The translations under genes were made by a program, and so were the position numbers. Below the pieces are notes generated by a model. The model did not search any database and was not told where the DNA came from. It worked only from the letters and a program-made list of their open reading frames with translations. A stretch of DNA of 64,000 nt from Squalus acanthias (lineage: Eukaryota), in the NCBI GenBank assembly GCA_030390025.1, contig CM059430.1:73532001-73596000 (forward strand), given 5' to 3'. Shown in pieces: positions 37,601 to 51,595 of this stretch. Each line of letters starts with the position of its first letter. Position 1 is the stretch's first letter.

Positions 37601-39160
37601 TTAGAATTATTGTTTACTGTGGCCATGTTTGATTTACCCACTTGATTTCTCTGCCTTCCACTTTTGCTTTTAACCTTCCTGTCTTGTGTTTCTATCCTTG
37701 CTTCCCTTTCCTCTGTCTCCCTGCACAGGTTCGCAACCCCCTGCCATTTTAGTTTAAACCATCCCCAACAGCACTCTCAAACACTTCCCCTAGCACATCG
37801 GTCCCGGTCCTGCCCAGGTGCAAACCGTCCAGTTTGTACTGGTCCCACCACCACCAGAACCGGTTCCAATGTCCCAGGAATTTAAATCCCTCCGCATTGC
37901 ACCATTGTTCCAAGCACGTATTAATCTGAAATATCCTTCTATTTCTACTCTAACAAGTACGTGGCATTGGTAGCAATCCTGAGATTACTACCTTTGAGGT
38001 CTTATTTTTTAATTTACCTCCTAACTCCATATTTTCAGCTTTTAGGACCTCATCCCGTTTTTTACCTATATCGTTGGTACCTATATGCACCACGACAACT
38101 GGCTGTTCACCCTTCTCCTCCAGGATGCCCTGCAGCTGCTCCGAGACATCCTTTACCCTTGCACCAGGGAGGCAACATACCACCCTGGAGTCTCGTTTGT
38201 GTCCGCAGAAACGCCTATCTATTCCCCTTATAATAGAATCCCCCATCACTATAGCTCCCCCGCTCTTTTTCCTCCCGTCCTGTGCAGCAGAACCACCCAT
38301 GGTGTCAGAAAGTTGGTTGCTGCTGCCTTCCTCCGATATGCCATCCTCCTCAACAATATCCAAAGTGGTATAACTGTTTGAGAGGGGGATGGCCACAGGG
38401 GACCCCTGCACTACCTACCTGGGCCTACTACTCTGCATGGCGGTCACCCATTCCCTTCCTGCCTGTGCAGCCTTTACCTGCGGTGTGACCAACTCACTTA
38501 ACGTGATATCCACGACGTCCTCAGCATCGCGAATGCTCCAGTATGCATCCATTCGCAGCTCCAGCGCCGCAATGCGGTCTGCCATGAGCTGCAGCTGGAT
38601 ACACTTCCTCCACACATAGTCGTCAGGGTGTCCCTGATTTCCCACTTAGCGCAGGAGGAGCATACCATGGGGCCGAGCTGGGCTGCCATGACCTACCCTT
38701 TAATTAATTTAAATTAAATTAAATCAAATGAATATCACCAATTAAACTAAAATTAAGTGATATAGTCAAGGGCCCTTGTTTACTAGCCGTCCCCGCTACA
38801 CAACAGAGACCTTACAAACTATAACCACAAGATTAAGACTATCTAAACTTTGTAAACTATTAACCTTAACTGTCAAACTATAGAGTAGTATAAATACTCA
38901 CCTGGCCATACTCACCCAATCAGCTGCTTCCTCTTGCCCGCGTCACTTTTTGAATCCTGACCTGGCTCTGGAACACGGACGCCGGTCTATGAGATTGGTC
39001 AGCCTCTGCAAAAAAGAACGCGAAAGTGAGTTGAAGTACTCACTGAACCGCCACTCTCTGCTCCTCCGGACTCCGGCCTCTGAGAAAACCTGCGAAAGTG
39101 AGTTTAAGCACTCACTGAACCGCCACTCTCTGCTGCTCCCGACACCGGCCTCTGATACAG
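34667..39160 (-). mobile_element. Full-length CR1 LINE, decayed
   Basis: ORF1 Cys motif CSSCAKWE..RKCIQLQL plus esterase (IVMGDSIIRG, VHIGTNDIG); APE endonuclease at 36979-37641 (CLNARS, IMGDFN); RT at 35565-36293; octamer tail at 34668-34690. 5' boundary approximate. Confidence 0.95.
39002..39155. repeat. 72-bp tandem repeat x2 at the LINE 5' end
   Basis: gcgaaagtgag...ctcactgaaccgccactctctg at 39020 and 39092. Confidence 0.85.
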
Positions 39161-40889
39161 CCTGGGGTCCAAGTGTTCAAGATGGTATCAGGATGTGAAG
39201 AGAGAATAGCGGCGTGCTCCTGCAGGGCTGGTAAAGGAATTTTAGCAAACGTTCGATGTGTCGGAGAAGATGTGGAAAAACAATCTACGCGAGCGGCAAG
39301 CCTACGAAGGAAATCCTAGTGAATGAATTCCAAAGAAAAGGCCATATTGCATGCTGTGGGCGTTTCTTTTCCATAGGTTTATTCCATTCTGTCTGTATGG
39401 ATTTTAATAAGATGCGTAGGAATAATAATCAATCAATTTATTCTTTATTAGTAAGTAAAGCGATAGTTTACCACATTAATTATTTATGCAGTCTTTGTCT
39501 TGGGAGCGGTAATCGAGTACGATGGGTTGACCATGTCCCGGGTCTTGGGAGTTCAGTTCTCTTTACGTCTTTTAGTCTTCTTTACCGGTGTCTTCGCTTC
39601 TTTTGTTCTGTTTAGATGATCGATGTCTCGTTTATTAATTAAAACAGTTGTCCCCGTGTACAACACTATAATTACATGTCCTTTTCATTTGCTGACAGTT
39701 CGTTGACCATCTGCCCATCCAATCTTTATTTTAAGTCTCTAAATGCATCATGTGGCATCTGATTCCTAGCCCAGACGTTGGTGCGTGGAGAACCCAAAGT
39801 TCACGTCAGTTTCTGCGGTTTGCCACTGACTTCCCTTATGTAAATACAAGAGAAAAGTTTGAACCACCAGGTATTATTATGTTAGCCGTTCCTCTTGTTT
39901 GTGGTAAACTACTCCAATACATTTCGTCTATACTGCAGTGAACCAGCTTGTCTCTTATCCATGAAGCCATGCTTCAATGCAATGAAATTCACAGCAACAC
40001 TCCTGAATACATCGCAATGGAGTGAGTGTATACGCTGGTGGGGACATTTTAAATTTTATATATTTTTGTAGTGCTGATCACTTTGATGAAAATACATTTC
40101 ACTACTTGCAGGAAAATAAATACAAAGTACACTATTCGCACATACCGTGTAAATACAAACAAAACTTTCAATATTATTAGACACGATATGTATTGAAGGT
40201 TTTTTTTTTCTGCTCCTGGCTTAGTGCAGCATGGGCTGCAACATTTTTATGTAAATTTCACGATGACTGTGTAGGGATCTGGCAAGCGGGAGCGGATCGG
40301 TCTGTACCGTCGCACTTCAGGGGGTGTTGTTGGTGCTGTTGAAGGGAATACTACTGTATTGGGATTCTGTTTTTCTATATAGTGGCTGAAATTTGTCACA
40401 GCCAAGTCTTGCCTGAATTTTAGATGGAAGTAGGCCAATGTCAAGAGCAAGAATGATCCTCTTATCTAATTCAACCTTGCAGCTTCTTTGGGAAAAGTTG
40501 TAGCAAAGGAGAGTTGTTTTCGGCGTGGCACATGGGGAATTTAATTTCGGTTAATTAATAAATCTGGAATAAAAAGCTAATATGAGTAATGTTAAACATG
40601 AAAATATCGGCTTGTCGTAAAAGCCCATCTTGTTCACTGATGTCCTTTAGGGAAGGAAATCTGCCGTCCTTACCTGGTCTGGCCTATATGTGACTCCAGA
40701 ACCACAGCATTGTTTTTGACTCTCAACTGCCCTCTGAAATGGCCAAGCAAGCCACTCAGTTCAAACAAATCATGCTTAAACATAATAAGAAGGATAAAAC
40801 CGGACGGGATCGGGCAAAATTGAATGGAGAGCTGGCGAGACTAAATGCCGCCCATGCTTTATGCTTTTTGTGTAATTTAAAATTCTCCA

Positions 40890-42580
40890 CACTCTTTGCA
40901 TCTGTATTCACAAATAGAAAGGTGAAGCAGACATTGCTCTAAGGGAGGAGTGTGAAATATTAGACGAAATAAATACAATGAGAGAGGAAGTATAAAGGGG
41001 TTTAGCAGCTTTAAAAGTGGATAATACCTGGGCCAGTTTGAAATGTATCCCAGGCTGTTAAGCGAAGCAAAAGAAGAAATAACAGAGGCCCTGAACATCA
41101 TTTTTCAATCCGCTCTGGCTTCAGGTGTGGTGCAGCAGGACTGGAGGACTGCTAATGTGATACCCTTGTTTAAAAAAGGAGAAAAGTGTAGATCGTGTAA
41201 TTACTGGCCAATTAGCCTAACCTCAGTGGTGGGAAAATTAGTGGAAGGAATGGAGAAGGACAGGATAAATCTTCGTTTCGAAAGACACGGATTAATCAAG
41301 GAGAGTCAGCACGGAATTGTTAAGGGAAGGTCGTGTCAGACAAAATTGATTGAATGTTTTCAGGAGGTAACAAGGAGGTTAGAGTAGGGTAGTGCGTTTG
41401 ATGCAGTGTATATGGACATTAGCAAGACTTTTGATAAGGTTCCACATGGCACATTGGCCCGAAGTTAAAAGCCCATGGGATCCAGTGCAAAGTGTCAAGT
41501 TGGATTCAAAACTGGCTCGGAGGCAAGTATGGTTGGTTTTGTGACTGGAAGGCTGTTTCTAATGGTGTTCCGCAGGGCTCAGTACTAGGTTCCTTACTTT
41601 TTTTGTATATATCAATGATCTGGACTTAAACATAGGGGGTATGATGAAGAAGTTTGCAGATGATACTAAAATCGGCTGCGTGTTTGATCCTGAAGAAGGA
41701 AGCTGTAAACTGCAGGAAGATATCAATAAATTGGTCAGGTGTGCAGAACAGTGGCAAATGGAATTCAATCCGGAGAAGTGTGAGGTTATGCATTTGGGGA
41801 GGGCTAACAAGGAAAGGGAATACACATTAAATTGTAGGACACGGCTAGTGTAGAGGAACAAAGGGACCTTGGAGTGCATGTCACAGATCCCTGAACGTAG
41901 CAGGCATGGTAGATAAGGTTGTTAAGAAAGCATAGGGAATGCTTGCCTTTATTAGACGTGGCATGGAATACAAGAGCAGGGGGGTTATGTTTCAAATGTA
42001 TAAAACACTAGTTAGGCCTCAGCTAGAGGACTGCGTGCATTTCTTGTCACCACATTACAGGAACGATGTGATTGCACCAGAGAAGGTACAGAGGAGATTT
42101 ACAAGGATGTTGCCGGGAATAGAGAATTTTAGCTATAAGGAAAGTCTGGATAGCCTGGGCTTGTTTCCCTTGGAACAGATGAGTTTGAGGGGAGACCGTA
42201 TTGAGCTGTATAACATTATGAGGGTCGTAGATAAAGTGGATAGAAAGGACCTATTTCCCTTTGCAGAGGGATCAAAATCCAGGGAGCACAGATTTAAAGT
42301 AATTGGTGTGCGGTTTAGTGGGGATTTGAGGGGAAATTTCTTCACCAGAGGGTGGTGGGGGTCTGGACCTCATTGCCTGAATGGGTGGTGGAGGCAGGAA
42401 CGCTAACCACATTGAAAAAGAACTTGGACTGCCCTTCGGATGCTGTAACCTGCAGGGCTACGGACCAAGAGATGGGAAGTGGGATTAGGTTGGATAGCTC
42501 TTTGTTGTCCGGCGCGGACACGATGGAGCGAAGTGGCCTCCTTCCGAGCTGTAACTTTCAGTGATTCTATGATTCTATGA
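40890..42580 (+). mobile_element. CR1 RT and 3' end, nested
   Basis: DWRTANVIPLFKKG, KKFADDTKIG, tail gattctatgattctatga. Confidence 0.9.
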
Positions 42581-43735
42581 CTACCCATCATCGAACTAGG
42601 CAGCGGCTACAGACAAAGCAGCATGCCCAGTCGACCCTGCAAGGTCCTCCTAACCAACATCTGGTGAACGCTGGGAACATTGGGAGAGGTGTGCCACAGA
42701 CTAGTCAAGCAACAGCCTGACAAATTCATAACCACAGAATCATACATTTCAGTAAATGTCCCAAACTCATCCATTACAATCCCTGGGCATGTCCTGTTCA
42801 ACCGACAGGACAGACCCACAAAGGGTGGCGGCACAGTGGTAAACAGTCGGTAAGGAGTGGCTCTGGGAGTACACAACATTGACTCCGTACCCCATGAAGT
42901 GTCATGGCTTCATGTCAATTATGGGCAAGGAAACCTCCTGCTGATTACCTCATACCGCCCTCCTTTCAGCTGAGGAATCAGTACTCCTCCATACTGAACA
43001 CCACGTGGAACAAGTACTGAGAGTAGCAAGGGCAAGGGTGGTGGACTTCAATGTCCATCACCAAGTGTGGCTCGGTAGCACTACTACTGACCTAGCTGGC
43101 CGAGTACTGAAGGACATAGCTGTCAGTCCGGGCCTGCGACAGGTGGTGAGAGAATCAACACGAAGGAAATACCAACTTGACCTCGTCCTCACCAATCTAC
43201 CTGTCGCAGATCCATCTGTCCATGACAGTGTTTGTAGAAGTGAACACGGCACAGTCATTGTGGAGACGAAGTCCCGACCTCACAATGAGGATACCCTCCA
43301 TCGTATTGTGTGGCACTACCACCGTGCGAAATGGGATAGATTCAGAACAGATCGAGCAGGTCAAAACTGGGCATCGGTGAGGAGCTGTGGGGCCATCAGC
43401 AATATCAGAATTGTATTCCACCACAATCTGTAACCTCATTTCCCGGAATATCCCTTACTCTACCATTACCATCAAGCAAGGGAGCCAACCCTGGTTCAAT
43501 AAGGAATGTAGAATAGCAAGCCAGGAGCAGCAACAGGAATACCAAAAAATGAAGTGTCAACTTGGGGAAGCTGCAACACCGGACTACATGCATGCTAAAA
43601 AGTGGAAGCAGTATGCAATAGACAGGGCTAAGCGATCCCACAAACAATGGATCAGCTCAAAGCTCGGCTGTCCTGTCACATCCACACGTCAATGGGGGTG
43701 GACCATTAAACAACTAAAGGGAGGAGGAGGCTCCA

Positions 43736-44515
43736 TGTTTAGAAGAATAGAAAAACAGAATATTTTTTAATGGTGAGAACGTTTCAAATTTTGGTGTTCA
43801 GAGATATTTGGGTGCCCTCGTGCAAGTAACACAGAAAGCTACCATGCAGGTACAGCAAGCAATAAGGACGGCAAATGGCATGTTGGTCTTTATTGCAAGG
43901 GGGTTGGAGTATAAGACTAAGGAAGTCTTGCTTTAATTGGACAGGGCCTTGGTGAGACGACACCTGGAGTACTGTGCATAGTTTTGGTCTCCTTATCTAA
44001 GGAAGGATATACTTGCCTTGGAGGCGATGCAACGAAGATTCGCTAGATTGATTCCTGGAATGAGAGGGCAGTCCTATGATGAAAGATTGTGTAGAATGGG
44101 CCTATACCCTCTGGAGTTTAGAAGAATCAAAGGTGATCTCATTGAAACATATAAGGTTCTGAAGGGGATTGACAGGGAAGGTGCTGAGAGGTTGTTTCCC
44201 TTTGCTGAAGTGTCCAGTACTAGGGGGCATTGTCTCAGGATTAGTGGTAGGCCATTTAAGAATGAGATGAGGAGGAACTTCTTCACTCAGAGGGTGGTGA
44301 ATCTTTGGAATGTTCTGCCCCAGAGAGCGTGAATGCGGTGTCTTTGAGTATATTCTAGGCTGAGGTAGATAGATTTTTAGACTCAAGGAATATGGAGATC
44401 GAACGGGAAAGTGGAGTTGAGGTCCATGATCAGCCATGATCTTATTAAATGGTGTAACATCCTCGAGGGGCCTTATGGCCTACTCTTGCTCTTATTTCTT
44501 GTGTTCTTATGTTCT
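43736..44515 (+). mobile_element. CR1 3' fragment, nested
   Basis: GLYPLEFRRIKGDLIETYK...FFTQRVVNLWN; tail ttcttatgttcttg. Confidence 0.9.
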
Positions 44516-46089
44516 TGATTGGCACATAATCCACCACATTAAACATTCACTCCCTCCACCCGCGGCGTATCAAGGCTGCAGTGTGTACCATCTACGAAAT
44601 GCACTGCAGCAACTCGTCAAGGCTTCTTCAGCATCACATCCCAAACCCGCAACCTCGTCCAACTAGATGGACAAGGGCAGCAAGCACATAGGAACACCAC
44701 CACCTCCAAGTTCCCCTCCAAGTCACACACCATACTGACTTGGAAATATATGGCGTTCCTTCATCGTCGCTGGGTTAAAATCCTGGAAATACCTAGCTAA
44801 TAGCACTGTGGGAGTACCTTCACCATACGGCTTTCATCGATTCAAGAAGGCTTCTCAAGGCCAATTAGGGATGGGCAATAAATGCTGGCTTTGCCAGCGA
44901 TGCCCACATCCCGTGAATGAATACATTTTTGGGGGAATAAGTTCATGCGAAACATTGCGGATTCGGGTTGATGTAAAATAAATCATATTTATGTTTCAAA
45001 CCTCCATATAGCTTGCTGTCTCCGATCATTTCCTTCTATTCCGCAGATCCCTAATCCCCCAATCCCCTTCAAACACAAAGTTCCACCTCTTCTGTATCTA
45101 CTAGCTGCTCCTTAGCAACTTCATCCAAAGACGTGTGGACAACATCCACTTGGACGCTGACAATAACCATCTCTGCAACTTCACCCTGTCTTTTCAGCGC
45201 TCCACTGCCTGTAACATGTCGTATTGCTTGTCCGCAACATCCAGTCTTGTCTGAATCCTAAATTCCTTGTGCTAAAGACCAATACACATTCAACGCTATT
45301 GGTGTAGATCAACATGAGTTCCAAATTCTTCCAAGACATCCGTCTATCGCTGTATGATCGACTGAATGAAATAGATGTTGGATAGGAGCGCAACATGGAC
45401 GCTCGGAAATCAGCAGGCCATTTCACATCCCACCCGAAATACTTAATCATTGAATTCAAATAGTTCGGTTTCAAATATGGTACCACTTAAGGATAAATTC
45501 ACCACTCCTCTTTTATGTTTATTAGTATAACACATTGAGGTAGATTTACTTCTTCTCGGGCTGTGCTGCTAACGCCATATTTTCATTCCAATGAATTCAT
45601 CAGAATAGATATAAGACGGGTTTTATAAAGGTGCGATCCTCCCGGCCAGATTTTGCCCCCTCCTGCATCTTCCGGCGACACTTAAGGCCCTGCGCCTCAT
45701 ATATTTTTCCTTTTTCCATGGAAAATTAAATACATCGAGCACATTCCCTCGTTCCCTGATATGGATATGTTGAATATCGTCGGTAAAAAAATATATGGCT
45801 GCTTATCTCGGCAGTTCTTTGATTGAACCATGTATGCATTAATGCAGACATACATGAATAAAATATAATAACCCGGAATTTGCGTTCAGCTGCGAAGCAA
45901 AGTCATTCCCTGCTGGACCAAAGAAAGCTGCCGACAGATTTGTTGCGATCTCCGTGGCCAGGAGTTTGCCTTTGTCACATAATGGGGAAAGGCTCGAGTA
46001 CTCAGTTGTGACGGCAAAGGGGTCTCTAAACAGTCAATCACATTGCAGAATTCTCAGAGAGATCGAACCAGGAAGTGAACCAGTTCCTT

Positions 46090-49000
46090 TCTTTTTCCAT
46101 CTCTGTCAGCTTACAGGAGAGCAGGAGCTAAAAAGTTGCACAGGAGGGGACAGAGAACCAGTGCTGAGTATTTCTACAGTATTTCTACATTCAAGTCATT
46201 AAAGTAAAAGTAAGGTCTCTAGGTTAGACTAATTAGTGATTAAAGGAAAGTAAGGTCCCTAGTGTATTTAATATATTTTAATTTAAATGGAGTAAATTAA
46301 GGGTAGGACATGGCAGGGAAGCTCGGCAGCGTGGAGTGCTCCTCCTGTGCTATGTTGGAAGTCAGGGCCATTTTAGGTGTCCAGGGCAAACACATCAGCA
46401 GAAAGTGTCTCCAGCCGCAGCTACTCGAAATCCGCGTTTCGGAGCTGGTGCTGCGGCTGGAGTCACTGTGGAGATCCGCGAAGATGAAATATTCGTGGAA
46501 AGCACGTTTAACAAGGTGGTCACACCGCAGGCAGACAGGTAATGGGTGAACATCAGACAGAGTAAAAGATCTAGAAAGGTAGTGTAGAAGTCTCCTGGGT
46601 CAATCTCCCTCTCCGACAGATTTTACGTTTTGGACAATGACGGGGGAGATGGATTCTCAGGGGAATGCAGCAAGCGCCAACTCCCTGGCACTATGAGCGG
46701 CTCAGCTGCACAGGAGGGGAGTAAAAAGAGTGGGAGAGCAATCGTGATAGGGGATTATATCGTATGGGGAACAGATATACGTTTCTGTGGACGCAGACGT
46801 GGCTCCAGAATGGTATGTTGCCTCCCTGGTGACAGGGTCAATGATGTCACTGAACGGCTTCAGGGCATTCTGAAGGGGAAGGGTGAACAGTCAGAGGTAG
46901 TGGTTCACATTGGTACCAACGACATGGGTAGAACGAGGGATGAGGTCCTGCAACAAGAATTTAGGGAGCTAGGTAGCAGGTTAAAAAACAGGACCTCAAA
47001 GTTTGTACTCCCTGGATTACTCCCGGAGCTGCCTGCGAGTGAGTATCGGAATAGGAGGATAGAGCAGATGAATGTGTGGCTAATGAGTTGGTGCAGGAGG
47101 GAGGGCTTTAGTTTCATGGATCACTGGGTCTGCTGCTGGGGAAGGTGGGACCTGTACAAGTCAGACGGTTACACCTGAACCGGAACGGGACCAACATCCT
47201 TGCGGGAGGTATGGTAGTACTGTTGGAGGGGGGTTTAAACTAACTTTGCAGGGGGATGGGATACCGAGTGGAACTATAGTAGGGGGTGATGCACAGCCAA
47301 ATATGTGGGAAAAAACAAGTCAGCCTGGAAGGCAGAGCAAATATGTAATGGCACAATGGAGTATGGCAAGGCTGGATGGCATGTATTTTAATGCAAGGAG
47401 TCTTGCGAGTAAGGCAGATTAATTGAAGGTGTTGATGAACACATGGGAGTATGATATTGTTACTATCACAGAGACATGGTTGAGGGAGGGGAAGGACTGG
47501 CAGCTCAATATTCCTGGGTATAGAATATTCAGGCATGACAGAGGTGAGTGTAAAAGAGGAGAGGGTGTCGCAATATTAATCAAGGAGTCAATTACTGCTC
47601 TAAGGAGGGATGATATCTTTGCAGGTTCCTGTAATGAGGCCATATGGGTATTATTTAAAAACAAATAGGGGGCAAGCACTTTCCTGGGAGTGTACTATAG
47701 GGGGAGATAGAGGAACATATATGTAGGCAAATCTCAGAGAAGTGTAAAAATAATAGAGAATCAATGATTGGGATATTTCAACTTCCCCAATATTAACTGG
47801 GATAGTCAGAATGTGAAAGGCTTAGAGAGTGTGGAATTCTTAAAGTGAATCCAGGAGAGCTTTTTGAGCCAGCATGTAGAAAGTCTTGCAAGAGTTGGGG
47901 CGGGACTGGACCTAATTCTAGGGAATGTAGCCGGGCAAGTGGTAGAAGTGTTAGTAGGAGAGCATTTTGATGACAGTGACCATAATTCATTGAGATATAA
48001 GGTAGTCATGCAAAAGGATAAAGTTGGACCGGAAATAAATGTTCTAAATTGTGGGAAGACCGATTTTAATATGACAAGGCAGGATCTGGCCAAAGTGGAC
48101 TGGGATCAGCTACTTGTAGGAAAATCCACATCAGAGCAGTGAGAGTCTTTCAGAAATGAAATAGAGAGAGTACAACGGCAACATATTCCCCTAAAGGACA
48201 AGGTGGGACCAACAAGCCCTGGGAACCCTGGATGTCAAGTGATATATGAGAATGGATTAGGAAATACAGGGAGGCTTTTGGCAGATACAAAGGACTAAAA
48301 ACAGTGGAAGCCCTAGAGGAGTATAGAAAGTACAGGGGGGTCCTTAAATAATAAATTACGAGAGCGAAGAGGGGGCTTGAAATAACACTGGCGGGCAAAA
48401 TAAAGGAAAATCCCAAGGTGTTTTATAAGTATATTAAGGGCAAGAGGATACCCAGTGAAGGAGTAGGGCTCATTAGGGACCAAAGTGTAAATCTGTGTGG
48501 AAAGCCAGAAGATGTAGGTGGGGTTTAAAATGAATATTTTGTATCTGTGTTTACTATGGAGTGGACGATGTCGGTATATAAATCAGGCAGGGGGATTCTG
48601 ATATACTTGAACAAATTAGTATTGAGAGGGAGGAGGTACTAGCGGTTTTAGCGGGCTTAAAAGTGGATAAATCTCTAGGAGCTGATCAGACGTATCCCAG
48701 GCTGCTGTGTGAGGCAAGGGAGGAGACTGCAGAGGATCTGACGCAAATTTTCACAACCTGTCTGGCCACAGGGGAGGTGCCAGAGGACTGGAGAACAGCT
48801 AACGTCGTACCATTATTCAAGAAGGGTAGTAGGGATATACCAGGGAATTACAGGCCAGTGAGCCTAACATCAGTGGTAGGGAAATTATTGGAAGAAATTC
48901 TGAGGGAGAGAATTAGTCTCCATCTGGAGAGGCAAGAATTAATCAAGGATAGTCAGCATGGCTTTGTCAGGGTAGATCATGTCTGACCAATTTGATATAA

Positions 49001-50220
49001 TTTTTCGAGGGGATGACTAGGTGTGTGGATGAGGGTAGTGCAGTTGATGTGGTCTACATGGACTTCAGTAATGCTTTTTACAATGTCCCGCATGGGAGAC
49101 TGGTCAACTTGGCACATTGGATCCAAAATTGGCTTAGTGGCAGGAGGCAGAGTGTGATGGTCGAAGGTTTTTTTTATGAATGGAAGACTGTGTCCAGTGG
49201 TGTACCGCAAGGATTGGTGCTTGGTCCTTTGCTGTTTGTAGTGTACATTAATGATGTAGATATGAATGTAGGAGGTATGATCAGTAAGTTCGCAGATGAC
49301 ACGAAAATTGATGGGGTGGTAAATAGCGAGCAGGGTAACCTCAGGCTGCAGGACGATATAGACGGGTTGGTCAGATGGGCAGAACAGTGGCAAATGGGAT
49401 TTAACCTTGAAAAGTGTGAGGTGATGCATTTTGGGAGGATTGACAAGGCAAGTGAATACACAATGAATGGTAGGTCCCTAGGAAGGACAGAGGATCAGAG
49501 GAACCTTGGTGTGCTTGTACATAGATACCTGAAGGCAGCTGGAGAGGTAGATAAGGTGGTTAAAAAGGTATATGGGATACTTGCCTTCATTAGCCGAGGC
49601 ATAGAATATAAGAGCAGGGAGGTTCTAATGGAGCTATGCAAAACGCTAGTTAGGCCACAGCTGGAATACTGTGTGCAGTTCTGGTAGCCACACTACAGGA
49701 AGGATGTGATTGAATTGGAGAGGGTGCAGAGGAGTTTCACCAGGATGTTATTTGGGCTTCAGCGCTTCAGCAATGAAGAGAGACTGGACAGGCTGCGGTT
49801 GTTTTCCTTAGAGCAGAGAAGTTTGAGAGGGGACCTGATTGAGGTGTACAAAATTATGTGGGGCATAGATAGGGTAGATAGAAAGGAACTTTTGCCCTTA
49901 GTTGAGGGGTCAATAACCAGGGGGCATATTTTCAAGGTAATTAGCAGGAGCTTTAGAGGGGATTTGAGGGAAAACTTTTTCACCCAGAGGGTGGTTGAAA
50001 TCTGGAACACACTGCCTGAAAGGGTGGTAGAGGCAGGAAACCACACAACATTCAAAAGCCTTTAGATGAGCACTTGAAACGCCATAGCTTACAAGGCTAC
50101 GGACCAAGTGCTGGAAAATGGGATTAGAATAGACAGGGCTTGCTGGCCGGTGCGGACACGTAGGGCCGAAGGGCCTCTTTCTGTGCTGTATAAATCTATG
50201 ACTCTGTGACTCTATGACTC
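46090..50220 (+). mobile_element. Full-length CR1 LINE specific to copy B
   Basis: ORF1 (CSSCAMLE..RKC; esterase at 46630-47178), endonuclease, RT at 49013-49687 (GVPQG, FADD), (gactctat)n tail; absent from the paralogous site near 7505. Confidence 0.95.
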
Positions 50221-51138
50221 CATGCTTTTATTCGGACGTTTAAAAATTGTTACAGACAGCAAAACATAAGTTGGGGCCCTCACATGGGCTAAGGTTAAAC
50301 CTGAAATAAATATGGACAAGAGTTTAAAAATGTATGTATTGCTAAATATTTAAAACATTATATTTGTTATTATAACGGGGAAATTTGTCACTCCAATAAA
50401 ATTAAGATTAGTTTTTCAGGATCTTAATATTTGTTGACGTATCAATACACTGTAAAACCCCAGTTGCAACTAATGCATCCAGACCTAATTTTCAGTGGGG
50501 TACTTAACAGTGATATTAAAGTGGTGAAAGCGCAAGTTTTCGTCAGTTTCACTGATATCACTGATTAAATTGATTGGCGGCTATAGCGGTATAGCGCAGC
50601 CAGTGTCGGAGCAGTGAATGACTGACCGCAATGTCAGGATTTCCGTTTAGATGCGCAGTCAGTTTCAAAAAGACAATAACAGCGAACACTGTTAGTTCCG
50701 CGTTACTACCCAACGCAAAACCCGGCCCTATGTTAAATGGCGATTTCCAAAACCTTCATGAAATGGAAATGTATGAGAACAAGTCTGCATAATGCAGTTA
50801 TAATTTTGGATTGGTGTTCCGGTAGAGACCACTGAAACAACCGGGGTAACTACAAACTTAACCCAGCTGTACAGGATGCGACTCTGCTAATTAATTAACT
50901 GCAGATGGAGTGCACAATTCAATCACGTGTACCGATCAGCTTTCGAATCGAATGGAAAACACTTTTGCTTCATCAAAGACTTTAAATTTAATTATTGTTT
51001 TATTGAAGCAATTCAATAACAAGACATAGAAGAATACTTTTCAAACAGCTGCAGAACGGTTTAGGCAAGGCTCAATAACAAGGAAAAAGATTTTCAAATT
51101 ACTCAAGTAAAATATTTAACATAATAAACTTTTTTAAC

Positions 51139-51144
51139 TTTATT
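51139..51144 (-). promoter_or_regulatory. Candidate polyadenylation signal AATAAA for copy B
   Basis: tttatt on the plus strand about 260 nt past the stop codon, in AT-rich unique sequence; a second candidate lies near 50999. Confidence 0.3.
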
Positions 51145-51403
51145 CCGGAAATTTTTTCATGAATCAAAGTATAACGTTTGGCAATATTTCAGAAAGGAGC
51201 TGGAGAAATTTTGAATGACTCGCTTCGTTCCAGTGTCCACAGCAGATTAGCGGAGATATTGTATCAACGGGAACAGATAGAGTGGCGCCTGACAACTATC
51301 TTCTACACCGATTATCACTTTTTTCTGAACCACTGGTACAGGAAATGTAAAAAAAGAGTTCTCTCTTTCCCTCGACTGACGCTCTCGATGATCAGCGACT
51401 TGC

Positions 51404-51595
51404 TCAGCGGAAGATTATATTTTCACATTTATTTGTAACATGACTGTTGGTTCCGACCACCCTTTTCTGTTTTTTGAACTGAACCTGCTCGTACACTATG
51501 GGCTCCTCTTGCCGTTTCGGTTTGGTATATGTCTTCTGACCGACGAAATCCAGCGCACAGTAAGTCAGCCTTTCTTCAGCTACCATTTGCGGAAC
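51404..51595 (-). CDS. Terminal cytoplasmic exon of copy B with two ITIMs (LTYCAL, IVYEQV)
   Basis: ctactacAG acceptor, phase 0, open to TGA: VPQMVAEERLTYCALDFVGQKTYTKPKRQEEPIVYEQVQFKKQKRVVGTNSHVTNKCENIIFR*. Both motifs match (I/V/L/S)xYxx(L/V). Confidence 0.85.
   Translation of the reverse strand, partial: VPQMVAEERLTYCALDFVGQKTYTKPKRQEEPIVYEQVQFKKQKRVVGTNSHVTNKCENIIFR

Larger units (their letters stand above)
40520..44930 (+). mobile_element. Second-family LINE split by two nested CR1 fragments
   Basis: 5' part 40520-40808; endonuclease region 42581-43735 (DFNVHH..WLGSTTTD, LDLVLTNLP); 3' end 44515-44925. Confidence 0.75.

Noticed and set aside
37950-38411. SGNH esterase-like ORFs as captured enzymes (also 26550-26828, 46630-47178)
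   Set aside because: The esterase domain is an established component of CR1 ORF1.
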